Positions 1 through 13,299 of a DNA stretch of 64,000 bases are shown here, in pieces. Under the pieces are notes generated by a model, which saw only the letters and a list, made by a program, of their open reading frames with translations, searched no databases and was not told the origin of the DNA. How positions within the stretch are numbered: the stretch's first letter is position 1; every line of letters begins with the position of its first letter. The stretch is from the NCBI GenBank assembly GCA_951406725.2, contig OX597822.1, positions 61,628,001 to 61,692,000 on the forward strand, given 5' to 3'. Position numbers and translations under genes: made by a program. Source of the DNA: Octopus vulgaris. Lineage: Eukaryota.

Positions 1-293
1 GCTATAGGTAACCTTATTAGCGCAACAGGCTGCTCTTGAAATTAGCACGCAAGTGGCTGAGTACACCACAGACGTGTACCCGTAACGTTGTTCTCAGGGA
101 GATTCACTGTGACACAGAATATGACAAGGCTAGTCCTTTGAATTACAAGTACAACTCATTTTTTCAGCCGAACGGACTGGAATAACGAGAAATAAAATGT
201 TCTGCTCAAAGACACAACACACACCCACGGGAATTGAACTCATGACCTCATAATCGTGAACAGAAAACCCTAACCACAATGCCATGAGTCTTC
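1..293 (-). mobile_element. tRNA-derived SINE, family C (diverged copy, cut by window edge)
   Basis: Reverse complement aligns by eye with 38766-39071 (gtggttaggg...gttcaattcc head; caagtggctgagtac...gggagattca...tgacacagaa body). Confidence 0.75.
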
Positions 294-1259
294 ATTACAA
301 TGTAATATGTAACTTTCTAATGATGGATGCAGGTGAAGACTGGGAAGAAAAAAATAAGAAAGCATTCAAATACTAGAAGGAATGAAGAAAGCGGAAAAGT
401 GTGGAACATTATTAAAAATATTGTTTTTCGCAAAAAAATTTCCGGGTGTTTGAAGAATTCTCAGAGCAGCTCTTGAATTTTCGAAAACTTTTAAGAGATT
501 TCAAACCCTTGTGAAAAATTTTCGATTTATCAAGCATATTTGAAAGTCAGCTGTAGGAAGAAAGATTTTCCAGCACAAATAGGCTAGGCTTTGATCTCTA
601 TATTTAGAGATTGATTCGAGTCGTAATTTAATAAATGAAAATGAAATTATCATGATACTAAATATTATGTCCGTAGTTTTGGCCTGATGTCTCTTCAATG
701 GACATTATAAAGCTTGAGACAAGATCTGTTGAATAGAATGTACGTTTGTGCAATTCTATAAACGGAGAAGAAAGAAAAGAAAGAAGACTTGAATAGAAAT
801 TATAGAAGAGAACTATCCAACAACGATCTGAAGGAGCCGTGTAAGGAAGAGGCTTAATCCATGCAACAACGACATGTTACAAACAAATTAAGAACGCATC
901 ACCCTATCTTAGAGTTTGATGAGATGAGTGGAAACTGTTGTCCTGAAAAAATAAAGCAATACATATGCGCGCGTAGAGAGATTCACATACACACATACAT
1001 CAACCACAAAAAATATACGTACGTATTTATAAAAACACACAACCAGGCATAGATAAACAGACACACATACATATACGAACGCACATTATGCTTATCAAAC
1101 GCAAGCAAAAGATATCCAAAATGTCCAGTGCATTCCCTGCATGTCTGTTTTTTTTTTTTATCAGAGTGTCTTTCTCCTAGAGACATGCTTAACCAAAAGC
1201 TAAGGTAAGCCTCACTCAGAAATTTCAGGCTGGTGTACATACATATATACACGCATGTA

Positions 1260-2085
1260 TACTTGTAGTTATCCAGAGCTGGCGTCCTGGAGTCAAAAAC
1301 TTTTCGAGTATCAATAGGGTTAAAATGGTCCGTGAAGAAGGACTGCTTTTTAATGTTAGTGTTGAAGGCATCTGTAGCTTGTGTTCTAGATGTTTTTTGT
1401 AATGTAGTTTGAATCTGTGTCATGAAGAGGTAGTTTTGGGTTAGCGATGCCAAGGAATAGGATTTCCAGAATTTTCGAAGATATGCATTGGAGAGTGCTG
1501 TACTTATATGATGCTACATCACTTGGAGTTGTATTGGTCTTTAGAATTATGCTTTTGTCAAGTTTCTAGATTCTGGGAATTTTATGCAGTTGCTGAAGTG
1601 AATATTGGTTGGTGAAGTGAATTGTTAGGGTGTTCGCTTTTTGTGTGAATAAGTTTTTAGATTTCTCTATTATTTATTAAGACTCTGATAGAAGGAATGG
1701 ATTATAATCATGATTTAGATGCAAGGTATTTATTTTCACTTTGAGTTCCTATCTTCTTTGTGTGTTTCGTGTAAGATACGCTGTGATATCTGGAGAAGAG
1801 TACTTGTAGTTGGCTTGGTAAAATATGCGTGTTTGGTATGAGAATATAAAGGAGATTTAGGTGTGACGGTACTAAGTTTCCTCTTTTGTTTTTTCTATTT
1901 GAAAACCAAGAACTATTGCCTACTTTCAATGCTGGTATTTGTGCGAGTGTTAGTGTGAGGCAGTTGATAAGATTGAGAATGTCATAGATATATCTATTCT
2001 AAATGTGATCCGTATTACTGGTTATATTTTGAAAGCCAGCTTATCTGGTTTAGTGTCATCTTATTAGTTTACCAGTAAGTTGTGA
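1260..2085 (-). pseudogene. Highly decayed LINE ORF2 3' fragment (Jockey/I-like)
   Basis: Strong strand skew. The broken minus-strand translation near 1900-2040 loosely resembles the post-RT Y..IR..LEY.S..FS.LS...Q...ILG region. Weak. Confidence 0.3.
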
Positions 2086-2320
2086 TATCTACATACTGTA
2101 TGTATGCATGAATTTTATAAAACTGCCTCGTTTTGAAAGTGACATTCTAGTCTGAGCTAAGTGTAATTTGGATTTTTGTATTGAGTAAATAAGAATGTTG
2201 CCTGGATTACAGTTTTGTGAATGCTGTACGTGATAACGTTTTAAAAATTCCATAACAATAATATATTGTAAAATTTTAAATGTTTTTGTACGAGATTTCA
2301 GGCTATAAGTATATATTCTT

Positions 2321-2551
2321 ATTTCTTTACTGCCCACAAGGGGCTACTCATAGAGGAGACAAACAAGGACAGACAAACGGATTAAGTCGATTATATCGAC
2401 CCCAGTGCGTATCTGGTACTTAATTTATCGACCCCGAAAGGATGAAAGGCAAAGTCGACCTCGGCGGAATTTGAACTCAGAACGTAACAACAAACGAAAT
2501 ACCGCTAAGCATTTCGCCCGGCGTGCTAACGTTTCTGCCAGCTCGCCGCCT
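2321..2551 (-). mobile_element. tRNA-derived SINE, family A (full-length)
   Basis: Head GGCGGCGAGCTGGCAGAAACGTTAG (A box) and GTTCAAATT (B box); central GGTCGACTTTGCCTTTCATCCTTTCGGGGTCGATAAATTAAGTACCAG. About 20 related copies in the window. Confidence 0.9.
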
Positions 2552-3112
2552 TAAATATATGTTTAAATATATTCTGTGTAGACTTGTGGTAGTAGAAAGG
2601 TGTTACAGCGGAATGGTGATTATGTCTTTATCGTTACTGCTGCTGTTGTTGACATCGTTATTTTTTATCAAGTCATATATATTAATAAATATATATTGGA
2701 TCATCCCATAGATAATGTGTTTTTTTTTCAATTGCATGAAACAAAAGTCAGAGGGGGACGGGATAAACTGTCTGTGTCAACATGCCATAAAAATAATCCA
2801 ATTATATAACCTTACACTCATCAGAGTTAGCTGATATGGAAGGGAATATGGTGACTGCTCCTATATATATATATATATATACGTATGTCTTGGTATTTGT
2901 AAATGCTGATGTTTGGGCCTACTTTATAGATTTTGTAAAACATATTTCTTATTAGTTTAGCGCCTATACATTTATAGTTTCTATAATTCTCGGACAGCTA
3001 TTGTACATCTTGGAAGAAATGTTTCTGTGTGTCATAAAGATATTGTTCTACCATTACTTAAGCTGTAACCATGATGTTTTCTAGCATATTATATTCAATA
3101 TTAGTTTATACT

Positions 3113-3395
3113 AAGCCGACCAAAGCCTTGTGAGTAGATTTGGTAGACGGAAACTGAAAGAAGCCCGTCGTATATATGTATATATATGTGTCTGTGTTTG
3201 TCCCCCTAGCATTGCTTGACAACCGATGCTGGTGTGTTTATGTCCCCGTTACTTAGCGGTTCGGCAAAAGAGACCGATAGAATAAGTACTGGGCTTACAA
3301 AATAATAAGTCCCGGGGTCGAGTTGCTCGATTAAAGGCGGTGCTCCAGCATGGCCGCAGTCAAATGACTGAAACAAGTAAAAGAGTAAAAGGGAG
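3113..3395 (+). mobile_element. SINE family B (CORE-type), 5'-truncated
   Basis: Near-identical, in reverse complement, to 6050-6475 (ccaaagccttgtgag...ggtgctccagcatggccgcagtcaaatgactgaaacaagtaaaagagtaaaag). Confidence 0.85.
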
Positions 3396-4155
3396 AGAGT
3401 AAAGAGATGACATGACAATTGCATGCAGCTCTGTTAGGAACCATATAGGATACTGCCGGCATTGTGATAATAATAGACAAAAGTTCACGATATCGATCAG
3501 AGTGAAACTTTCTAGTGTTACAACTTTTATTTAATCTTTTCAGTTGAATTCATAACTGTTATTAACGAGTCTAATAAGAAACAGGAAGGTTCTAGCTAAA
3601 TCAGTGGATACAATCTGTTTAAAAGAGGGTGTATAACGCTGACATTGCTCGGAAAGACCACCATAGTCCTAACTAGACCATGCACAATTGTAAGGTAAAT
3701 AATTTCTCTTTGCATCATCGCTGTCTATCAGCACCTGTCCTAAATGATATCACGCAAACTGTAATATGTAACCTGACACCACAAGGACGGTTACCACGCT
3801 ACGTGAAAGAGCTATCACTATCATCATTTAAAGATTCCACCAACTCAGCAATTCGCCGCCTACCTGACGCCACTGGGTTGTCCTCTCTATCACATGGAAG
3901 TATATATAATTATTTGGTGTCACTGTTTTATTGAAATGACCAATGCAAGATCACAAATTATATGGAAACCATCTTCACATACTCAAGCCTGATTCTGTAA
4001 TTCTGAAAATGTTGAAGATGTATATCTCCGGGTATTTGTGAGTGTCTAAATTAAAAACTCAGGCTGGAATAAAAGAATATAATGCGATAAATGTACTGGG
4101 TTCGTGATTTATTTTCGACACGATATTGAAGTCTCTCTTTGTTCGTTTGCTTGTT

Positions 4156-4214
<59 letters not shown>

Positions 4215-5065
4215 CTCTCTCTCTCTCCACACACACACGCACCCCCCCACATATATATATATGTATACGCTCACACGCTCACACATACACATAGCTTGCT
4301 TGTTTATACACACACACATATGTATAGATGTGTGTGTGTGTGTTTTGATACTATTTTAAGTATCAACTATATTGTTTTTCTTTCTGTTTTAGACTGAGGT
4401 ATTCATATACATGCAAGTGTGTACACACACTTGTACGTACGTATGTTTGTATGTATGTATGTATGTATGTATGTATGTATGTATGTATGTATGTACGTAT
4501 GAATGTATGTATGTATGTATGTATGTATGTATGTATGTATGTACGTATGAATGTATGTATGTACGTAATCATGAAGACACATAGGCTCCCGACAGACGAT
4601 CATCCTGATGGTCATATCGCAGTTGACATCTTTCATAGACAGTTATAAAGAAATATGTAACTGAACAGCATAGAGATTTCATACATCTCAGGAGAAACGA
4701 AATGCCGAAGAACAGACAGGAGGTAAAATACGGATGATATTTCTATCCAAATTTTAAGAAAATCACTGATACTTGTCAGCAGCAATCGAGTAGACGTGAT
4801 CAAAATCTTCAAACTAATTGACAGAGTTTCTTATAGATCTATACAAGATTATGATAAACATAGAAATTTTCATAATGGCATGAGGTTAATGACCGGCTAT
4901 TAATAACTAAGCTACCAATTCATGAATAAATATGAATATGTTTGTAACATGCAATACATTTAATAAAGGTTTATTTAGTCTATCTGATCTTGTTTCGTGT
5001 TTTTTTCTTGAGCGGTAATATACACGCGCCGAGCATGTGTTCAGTAGAAATTGTATAAAAATCAA

Positions 5066-5130
<65 letters not shown>

Positions 5131-6004
5131 CGTACATACATACATACATGCATACATACATATATACGTACGTACATGCACACAAGCACCCGTAAGTACG
5201 TACGTACATATATACATGCATACATACGTCTGTACGTACATACATACGTACGTACATAGATACATACATACATATACTCACCTTCACTTACACACATACT
5301 CGCATACGCACATACATAAATACATACAGACACATACACTCATATGTGCATGTGTACAAATATATATGTGTATGTGTATGTCTGTGTGCGCGCGGATATG
5401 TCAGTGTCTGTGTATGTCTGTGTGCGTGTGTGCGTACGTATATGTGATATGCACACACATATATTTGTGTTTGAGTTTCAAATGTAATTTGATGAAGATT
5501 ATATGTGTCGGCCACCTGATCTATATCATGACAGAACAAGCTGAGGGCTGTATAGCGCTGTCTCAAAGCAACTCTTGCGATATTCCAAAAGCGGAGACAG
5601 AAAGGTGTTTGTGTTATTGGAGTGAGCTCCACATTTATGACGAATTTCCCATTCTTGGCTGGTGGTCAACCGAACCGGAATATACAACACTATTACATTC
5701 AGAATCCAATATGGCGGTTGATATCAACATTGGCAGTCATTTTTTTTAAATTTTGATTTTTCCGGTTATCTAACGTTTGGTTTCGTTTAACAAGAATTCA
5801 CATTCTTTCTTGGTATGTGTGTGTGTGAGTGTACCTGTCTATGTATGTATGTATGTATGTATGTATGTATGTATGTATGTATGTATGTATGTATGTATGT
5901 ATGTATGTATGTATGTATGTATGTATGTATGTATGTATGTGTCTGTATGTGTGTGTGTGTGTAGACGCGCACATTCGCATGCACATACACACCATTTCTG
6001 TATG

Positions 6005-6582
<578 letters not shown>

Positions 6583-6675
6583 AAGATGGGTAAATATATA
6601 GTGCATGACTGCGTGTGCATCATCACCATTTAATATGGTCAAAACTTTATTCTATTAGAAACAGTGTTTACTTAC

Positions 6676-6826
6676 CCCAACTGAAAATGTAATAGCCAAC
6701 AAGAGTCTTAGGTCTTTCAAATGTGGCAGCCAACAAGCGATAAAGGTAGTAACCTTCAATGAACATACAAAAGTAGTTGGTGCTACGCAGGTAACTAATC
6801 AAGAAGTTGAGTATGCGACAGCCAAC
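6676..6826 (-). CDS. Class B1 GPCR exon: TM3-ICL2-start of TM4
   Basis: ttttgttgtag|GTT GGC TGT...AGT TGG G|gtaagt, 151 nt, phase 0 to 1. Encodes VGCRILNFLISYLRSTNYFCMFIEGYYLYRLLAATFERPKTLVGYYIFSW(G), with the conserved TM3 Cys and an NY-x-x-M-x-x-EG-x-YL motif. Confidence 0.95.
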
Positions 6827-7171
6827 CTACAACAAAAAACACAACATTGTTTAAGACAAAAACATCATGAATTTATTTACTTTCCTCTGTCAATATGCAT
6901 CTTATTTTTAATGAAAAGAAACTAATGTCGTAGGAAAGGGCTGTCAGCTTTAGTTTCAGTTGTTAACACCAGGTCAGTCTCGATCCACGCGTAGATATAA
7001 AGTCAAAAGTGTTATAACCTTGACCATCCAAACTCTCTCGCTCTGTCTGTCTCTTTTTTTAAAATATACACTGTATATAGGACCACACTATCCTATGTAC
7101 TTCGCTTTTTCTTTTAAAAAATTCAATATGATACAAAACTATATGATTAAATTGTTATTGCTAATCTGTTA

Positions 7172-7368
7172 AGGTGGCAAGTTAGCAGAAGCATTTGCGC
7201 ATCGGTCAAAATGCTAAGCGCCATTTATTTCGACACATATATTCTGAGCTCGAATCCTATCGAGGTCAAATTTCCCTTTTCTTCTTTCGGATAGATTAAA
7301 TAGTAGCTTCGCTGTAACTGACTAGCCACCTCCTACTAAATTCCAGGCCTTGTGCCTATAGTAGAAAA
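7172..7368 (+). mobile_element. SINE family A, diverged copy (another at about 7740-7915)
   Basis: ggtggcaagttagcagaag head, gaggtcaaatttcccttttc core, ggccttgtgcctatagtagaaa tail. Confidence 0.7.
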
Positions 7369-8467
7369 TATTATTTCTAATGTCCTGAATGAGTTGGCAG
7401 TTGCTTCTTCGATGGGTACTTGCGGGTTTCCAGTTTTCAGCTGTGATGAATTCAACTTCAATAAATTGTTAAAGGCATGCTTGTTCCACCTCCAGTTTTC
7501 TCCTTTTTAAATGGATTTCTTTCTATGTTATAGTAGAAAGCTGGCAGAAATGATAGCGCAGTATACAAAAGGCATGGCAGTTATTTACTCTATTGCACAC
7601 AGGCCACATATCTCTTGATTATTAGAAGAGGTAACTTAAATCGTTGTAAAAGAATGCTTACTTTAGATAAGGAACTACAATTCATGACAATACATAGAAC
7701 ATAGCAAAAGCACTTGCTACTTGAAATTCTAATCAGCTCTGGAAAAATGCTTTGCGATATTTGTTCCGTCTTTATATACTTAGTTCAAATTTCGCCGTGG
7801 TCAAGTCTACTTTCCTCCATACGGGATCGACAGAATACAGTACATGTCAAACATTGAAGACAATGACATCCACTATCTCACCACAAAATTGCTGGTCTTG
7901 TATTCGAATTAAAAAACAATTATTGTTATTGATGATTTGAGTCAGGTTCGTTCTTATTCGTAGTAGAAGTTATGTGAATAGTTGGTTACTACCTGTAACC
8001 TTAGATAACAACAAGTTTTTAATAAATTTTCAAGTACTAGGGATCCTGATAATCTTTCCTGTCCATAAGAGGCATTCTATTACAATGTCCTTCAGCAGTT
8101 TGTCTTTATCTTTATGACACAAGGAACAGATGATGAAATTTTGGTAGTGGTCCGGGAATTTTTATGGATTCTTGAAGGACTTTTCATTTGTTATATTTAC
8201 TTTACATGAAGTATTACAATGTTACGTTCTTTGATTATCTCCCTTGAAAACAGATTCATCGTTTCCACATAACCTATTGTGGTGTTGCTGTTTGCAAAGT
8301 TTATTTTCGTTTCTCTATTAGTAATTTTACCCGCGTATGTATGTTAAAATGTATTGCTTAGTGGAGGTCTGCGGATCTTGCTGTTGTCATTGATGCATTA
8401 TAACTGCTTCAGATGATTCCTGTTTTTAAAGGATTTAAAAAAAAATCATATGGTTGTGTTATTTTTT

Positions 8468-8596
8468 TTTACTCCCGCCAAGGAGGTTATGTTTTTGCCG
8501 GCGTTGGTTTGGGAAATTGGTCGATTTTCAGCATGCTTGTATATGGGTGGAAATGAGCTGCTTGGCGGAGATCTGCGCTCTCCGAGTGCTTTTCTA

Positions 8597-8599
<3 letters not shown>
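8468..8599 (+). mobile_element. Short Helentron-type non-autonomous element (HINE/DINE-1-like)
   Basis: Starts ttactcccgccaaggaggttatgtttt, has an inverted subterminal repeat cttggcggag, a 3' hairpin gcgctc-tcc-gagtgc, and ends ttttctagtt. Confidence 0.7.
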
Positions 8600-8647
<48 letters not shown>

Positions 8648-8835
8648 GTTGTTGTTGTTGTTGTTGTTGTTGTTATTATTATTATTATTGTTATTGTTAT
8701 TGTTATTGTTGTTGTTATTGTTGTTGTTGTTGTTGTTGTTACTATTATTATTATTATTATTATTATTAATTTTATTATTATTATTATTATTATTGTTATT
8801 GTTATTGTTATTGTTGTTGTTATTATTATTATTAA

Positions 8836-8869
<34 letters not shown>

Positions 8870-8936
8870 ATTATTATTATTATTGTTATTATTATTGTTA
8901 TTATTGCTGTTGTTGTTGTTATTATTGTTGTTGTTG

Positions 8937-8997
<61 letters not shown>
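8598..8997. repeat. Compound (TTA)n/(TTG)n microsatellite, about 400 bp
   Basis: Directly visible. It abuts the 3' end of the R4/Dong element and produces the poly-I/L/V ORFs. Confidence 0.97.
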
Positions 8998-10990
8998 GTG
9001 AAAACTCAGTTTATTTTGCTGGGTATGAAGGAAAGTGTCAGCTATCCACAGCCAGCAGACTAAGGTGACACTTGTTTGCTGGTCATTCTTCAAGAACCCT
9101 GCGAAGAATTCTTGCAGTTCCAAGCAATGCTGATTTTTGTAAGTGTTCTATCTTCACACTTGCACCAATCTTTTTCAGCCATGTTGGTAGTTGAGTACTG
9201 ATACTTCCAAGTGCACCAGTTACTATTGGTATCACGTCTAATCTCTTCATTGACCACGATCTTCGTATTTCCCCCTTTAAATCGTCATAGTTGTTTATTT
9301 TTTTTCTTCTTCTTTTACATTGACCCTGTTGTCACCGGGGCATGCTATGTCGATTATCATACATGTTCTTTCTTTTTTATTTACCACAATCTCCGGTTTC
9401 CGATGTCTGGTCGGGTGATCGCACTGGATCATTACATCCCACAGGATTTTGCAATTCTCCTTTTCCGTTACTCCTGAAGTTTGGTCATATCACGCCTTTG
9501 CTCTTTGTAGAATGTGATTTCCACAGAGCCACCAATGGATCACTCTTGCCACATTGTCATGGTGTCTTTTGAATTCGCGTTGTGCCAATTTCGGGCATTC
9601 GCTAACGATTTACTATACCTTTTCACTCCTCTCACCACACATCCTGCATTTGTCGTTTTCGGTAGTGTTGTCTATTCTGCACTTCATATAATTGATCCTT
9701 AACGCTTGTTCTTGAGCTGCGCATATGAGTACTTCTATCTCTACCTTCAGGTCACTCCTCCTCATCCATAGCCACCGGTCCTCTGTATCTGTCTTGGCGT
9801 TCACATCTCTTGCAAACTGACCGCACATTTTCTTTTCCTTCTATGCCTTTTCCTTTTTTTCTTTTTAATGATTTCTTGTTTAAATATTTCTTTCGTTAGA
9901 TAACTTTCAGTTTTGATGACGCCGGCCTTCTACGTGTGTTTCAACAGTGGCTCCACGGCATTTTTATATGCTACCCTAAGCTGTTTTCCTCTCTTACCTT
10001 TTCTTCGAAACAAGTACAGCCTGTCGGTGTTACTCTTAGGGTGGAAGACTCCGCGTACTTTCAACATTTTTCTGGTCTTGGTATCCATTTTCTTCACTTC
10101 TCTCTTTTGCCATTTTATAATTCCCGCTCCATACCGAGGTAATGCTATCGCCTGCGTATTAACTATTTGGATTTTATTCCCTCCAGTCAATTTTGAGCGC
10201 AACACCTGCCTCAGTCTTCGGAAATACTCCGCCTTCAGTTGCTCTTTCATTTCCTTTACTATTATCTCGTTGAACTCTAGTACACCAAGGTATTTGTATC
10301 CTTTCGTTTCAATTTGTTTAATCAAGTCTCTATTCGGTAATTCTATCCCTGCTAAGGACTGTACTTTGCCTGTCTTTAGCTAAATTATTCCGCACTTCTT
10401 GAGTCCAAATTCCATTCTAATATCAGTACTAAAACAGTGAACCGTATTCACCAAGGAACTCACTTGTATTTCATCTTTGCCATTGAGTTCCAGATCAGCC
10501 ATGAAGCGTAAGTGGTTGACGGTTAGGGAATTTTTCTTTAATTGGTAGCCCAGATTCATTTTCCTAAGTACCAAGGTCAGCGGTATAATGCAGAGAGCAA
10601 AAAGCAACGGAGATTTCTTCTTCATCGATTAAATTACTCTGCGATCAATTTATGGCAAATACTGAACTTTTTTATCCAAATTTCTGTACACCATCATGTC
10701 TTACTACTTTCCAATTGCTTATCTTTTTATTCATACTTCTGATACTGTCTTCTGTGAAGTGGATAGCCTCTTACTGAGGATAAGATACTGCTTGCGTCAA
10801 GCTGCAGAGCTACTCACCTGTAATATTATGTTGTTCTTGCTTACTCCATATCTTACTCCAGAAAAGTCGACTTTCATCAGCATCAGGGGCTAATCGTTCA
10901 CGTTTTTTATCATCATTAATCTCTTGATAAAATCATTTTTGTTTTGCCGGTATTGCTTAATCCGTTGTTCAGTCCTAGTTAGCTCTGCTT
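8998..10990 (-). mobile_element. Decayed R4/Dong non-LTR retrotransposon (RT + CCHC + RLE endonuclease)
   Basis: Fragments SPLLFALCIIPL..HLRFMADLEL..MEFGLKKC, YKYLGVLE..SKLTGGNKIQIVNT..RYGAGIIKW..HPKSNTDRLYL and AAQEQALRINY..CRMCGE. Multiple frameshifts; (TAA)n on both sides. Confidence 0.9.
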
Positions 10991-11001
10991 TTTATTTTGA
11001 A

Positions 11002-11075
<74 letters not shown>

Positions 11076-11264
11076 CAGACAAGACGAAGAGCGCGAGGTG
11101 ATTGCAATAGATATTTTATTTCGACAGCAAGCCTGTCTTTGTCGAGTTCAGTATAAAAAGTGATAAAAAGTTTTATCACTTCGACAAAGACAGGCTTGCT
11201 GTCGGAATGTCGTTCAACCAATAAAATATCTATTGCAATCGTCTCGCGCTCTTCGTCTAGTCTG
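11076..11264. repeat. About 190-bp palindrome (inverted Penelope-like terminal segment)
   Basis: Left arm cagacaagacgaagagcgcgag..gattgcaatagatattttatt..tcgacagcaagcctgtctttgtcga pairs with right arm tcgacaaagacaggcttgctgtcg..aataaaatatctattgcaatc..ctcgcgctcttcgtctagtctg. The centre agtgataaaa-ag-ttttatcact is also self-complementary. Confidence 0.85.
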
Positions 11265-11301
11265 TTTATCTTTGTGAAGAGTTACGTCAATCTTTTCAAA
11301 A

Positions 11302-11345
<44 letters not shown>

Positions 11346-11446
11346 AATGCTGAAAATTCATAATAAATAAAAGGATAATAACACTAGTAGAAGCACTTCA
11401 ACCGTTCAAATAAAAAAGGAAAGATAAAGAAACGAAATCAACTTAC

Positions 11447-11597
11447 TGTGTTTCTGTGCAGCCGGGTCTCTTCAGGATGGCGATAGATATGATCACGGTT
11501 GACTAAATTGTTCCACATAATAAACAATATTGAAGTAAGTATAAATGATACAAACAGATTCAGATGAAGCCGTATACGATGTTGTATCCTGAGTGGT
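11447..11597 (-). CDS. Class B1 GPCR exon: ICL1-TM2-ECL1
   Basis: ttttttcag|A CCA CTC...AAC ACA|gtaagt, 151 nt, phase 2 to 0. Encodes PLRIQHRIRLHLNLFVSFILTSILFIMWNNLVNRDHIYRHPEETRLHRNT with the R-x-x-LH-x-NLF-x-SF signature (end of track ORF 11438-11752). Confidence 0.95.
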
Positions 11598-11627
11598 CTG
11601 AAAAAAATATTTAACAATAATAATAAT

Positions 11628-12060
11628 CTTTTCCTACTATAGGCAAAAAGCTTGAAATTTTCGAAAAAGGAACTTGCCGATGAAATCGACCCCAGTGCTA
11701 GACTGATACTTATTTTATCGACCTCCAAAAAGTAAAAAGTAAAGTTTTCCATGGAAGAATTTAAACTTAGAACGTAATGACGGACAAAATGTCGCTAAGC
11801 ATTTTCCTCGACATGCTATGAATTCTACCAACACATCACCTTAATTATAATATGGATTCAAACTTGGGCACAAAGCCAGCAATTTCGGGCGAGAGGGTAA
11901 GTTGATTATATCGAGCTAAGTGCTCAACTAGTACTTATTTCATCGACCCCAAAAGGGTCAGTGACAAAGTTGATTACGGCAAAATTTGAATTACGAACGT
12001 AGACAGATGAAATGCCACCTGGCATTTTGTCCGTCGTGCTAACAATTCTGACAACTCGCA
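11628..12060 (-). mobile_element. Two adjacent diverged SINE family A copies
   Basis: Two iterations of tcgacc..aaag..aaagt..atttgaa..agaacgta..gcatttt..tgcta..ttct. Confidence 0.75.
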
Positions 12061-12504
12061 TGATGATGATAATAATGATTCTTTACTGACCACACGCACA
12101 AAGCAAAAGGGCATTACAAACAAAGGGCAGTAAACAATAAAATCAATAACAACAAACAATTAAATTATAAGCAATGAAATTCCCAAGTAGTGTGGAGTGC
12201 TATCCATGGGCGACTAAGGAACCCCACAGATCCTGAGTCACCCTGTTCAGCGTGGTAATTTCTCCACTCTCTTCCGTATATTCCACCCGACAAATACATG
12301 CTTAGATTACGCCCAGTTACTCGTGCCATTCTCACTACATTCACTCACTTACAGGGAAATACCTCCTTCTCCACCTTTACTTTCCTTGAGAAAGTTTGAT
12401 AAGGGCTTGACCGAAGAGAAAAGCGTGTGTTTGCAGCCCTTTCAATCGTGTCACCATACAAAGTCTTTCATCATAGCCACCAGACAAAGAAAAACTGCCT
12501 GAGT

Positions 12505-12840
12505 ACAAGGCGAGAAAATGGTATCAACATGAGCCGCAGGGTGTGGTAGAAAATGGCAGAGTAAAGATACTTTGGAACTTCATGATTCAATGTAATTATG
12601 GAATCGAACCTGATTTTGTGCTGGTAGACAAAGAAGAAAAATTGTGCCTGCTCATAGACATTGCGTGCCCTGGGGACAACAGAATCTCCGAAAAAGGAGA
12701 AAAACTGATGCGTATGAAACTATGTATGATGCCTATAATTGTTGGTGCCCTAAGTAGAGTGAGCAAAGAAACTGAAAATTGGTTGGCAAAGATAGGCATA
12801 AGAATGAAAATGGAGCACATCCAGAAAGCAGCATAACTTG
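12505..12840 (+). pseudogene. R4/Dong RLE-domain fragment
   Basis: VENGRVKILWNFMIQ..PDFVLVDKEEKLCLLIDIACPGD..PIIVGAL..IQKAA (PD-(D/E)xK restriction-like endonuclease). Confidence 0.85.
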
Positions 12841-13199
12841 GCGAAGGCAGGACTCTCTGTGTTCACAATCCGTTCATATTGCACTACAAAGAAGAAAATA
12901 AGCTGGATGCCAATATTGCTGGCAATGGCTCTAAATGAAACGTTAGTGTTGTAGTATATGTCTATATGTCGATGTGAATCTTATTTTTTCAGCCTGTCCT
13001 TTGGCGTTAATCTCTATACCAAACAAAAAAATATATACTACTATATGTTTTATCTCTTTGGTACATATTAACTCGGTTTAAATCATCTCTGGAGGTCATA
13101 CAAACTCATCTCTCGTCTTCGTAAGGTAAAAATATGTTAATTTTATCCGCATTTAATGTTAGATAAATTTTTCGAGTTAAGATAGGGAGTGCTTCGTCA

Positions 13200-13299
<100 letters not shown>

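Noticed and set aside
8446-9123. Long poly-Ile/Leu/Val 'membrane' ORFs
   Set aside because: Products of the (TTA/TTG)n tract.
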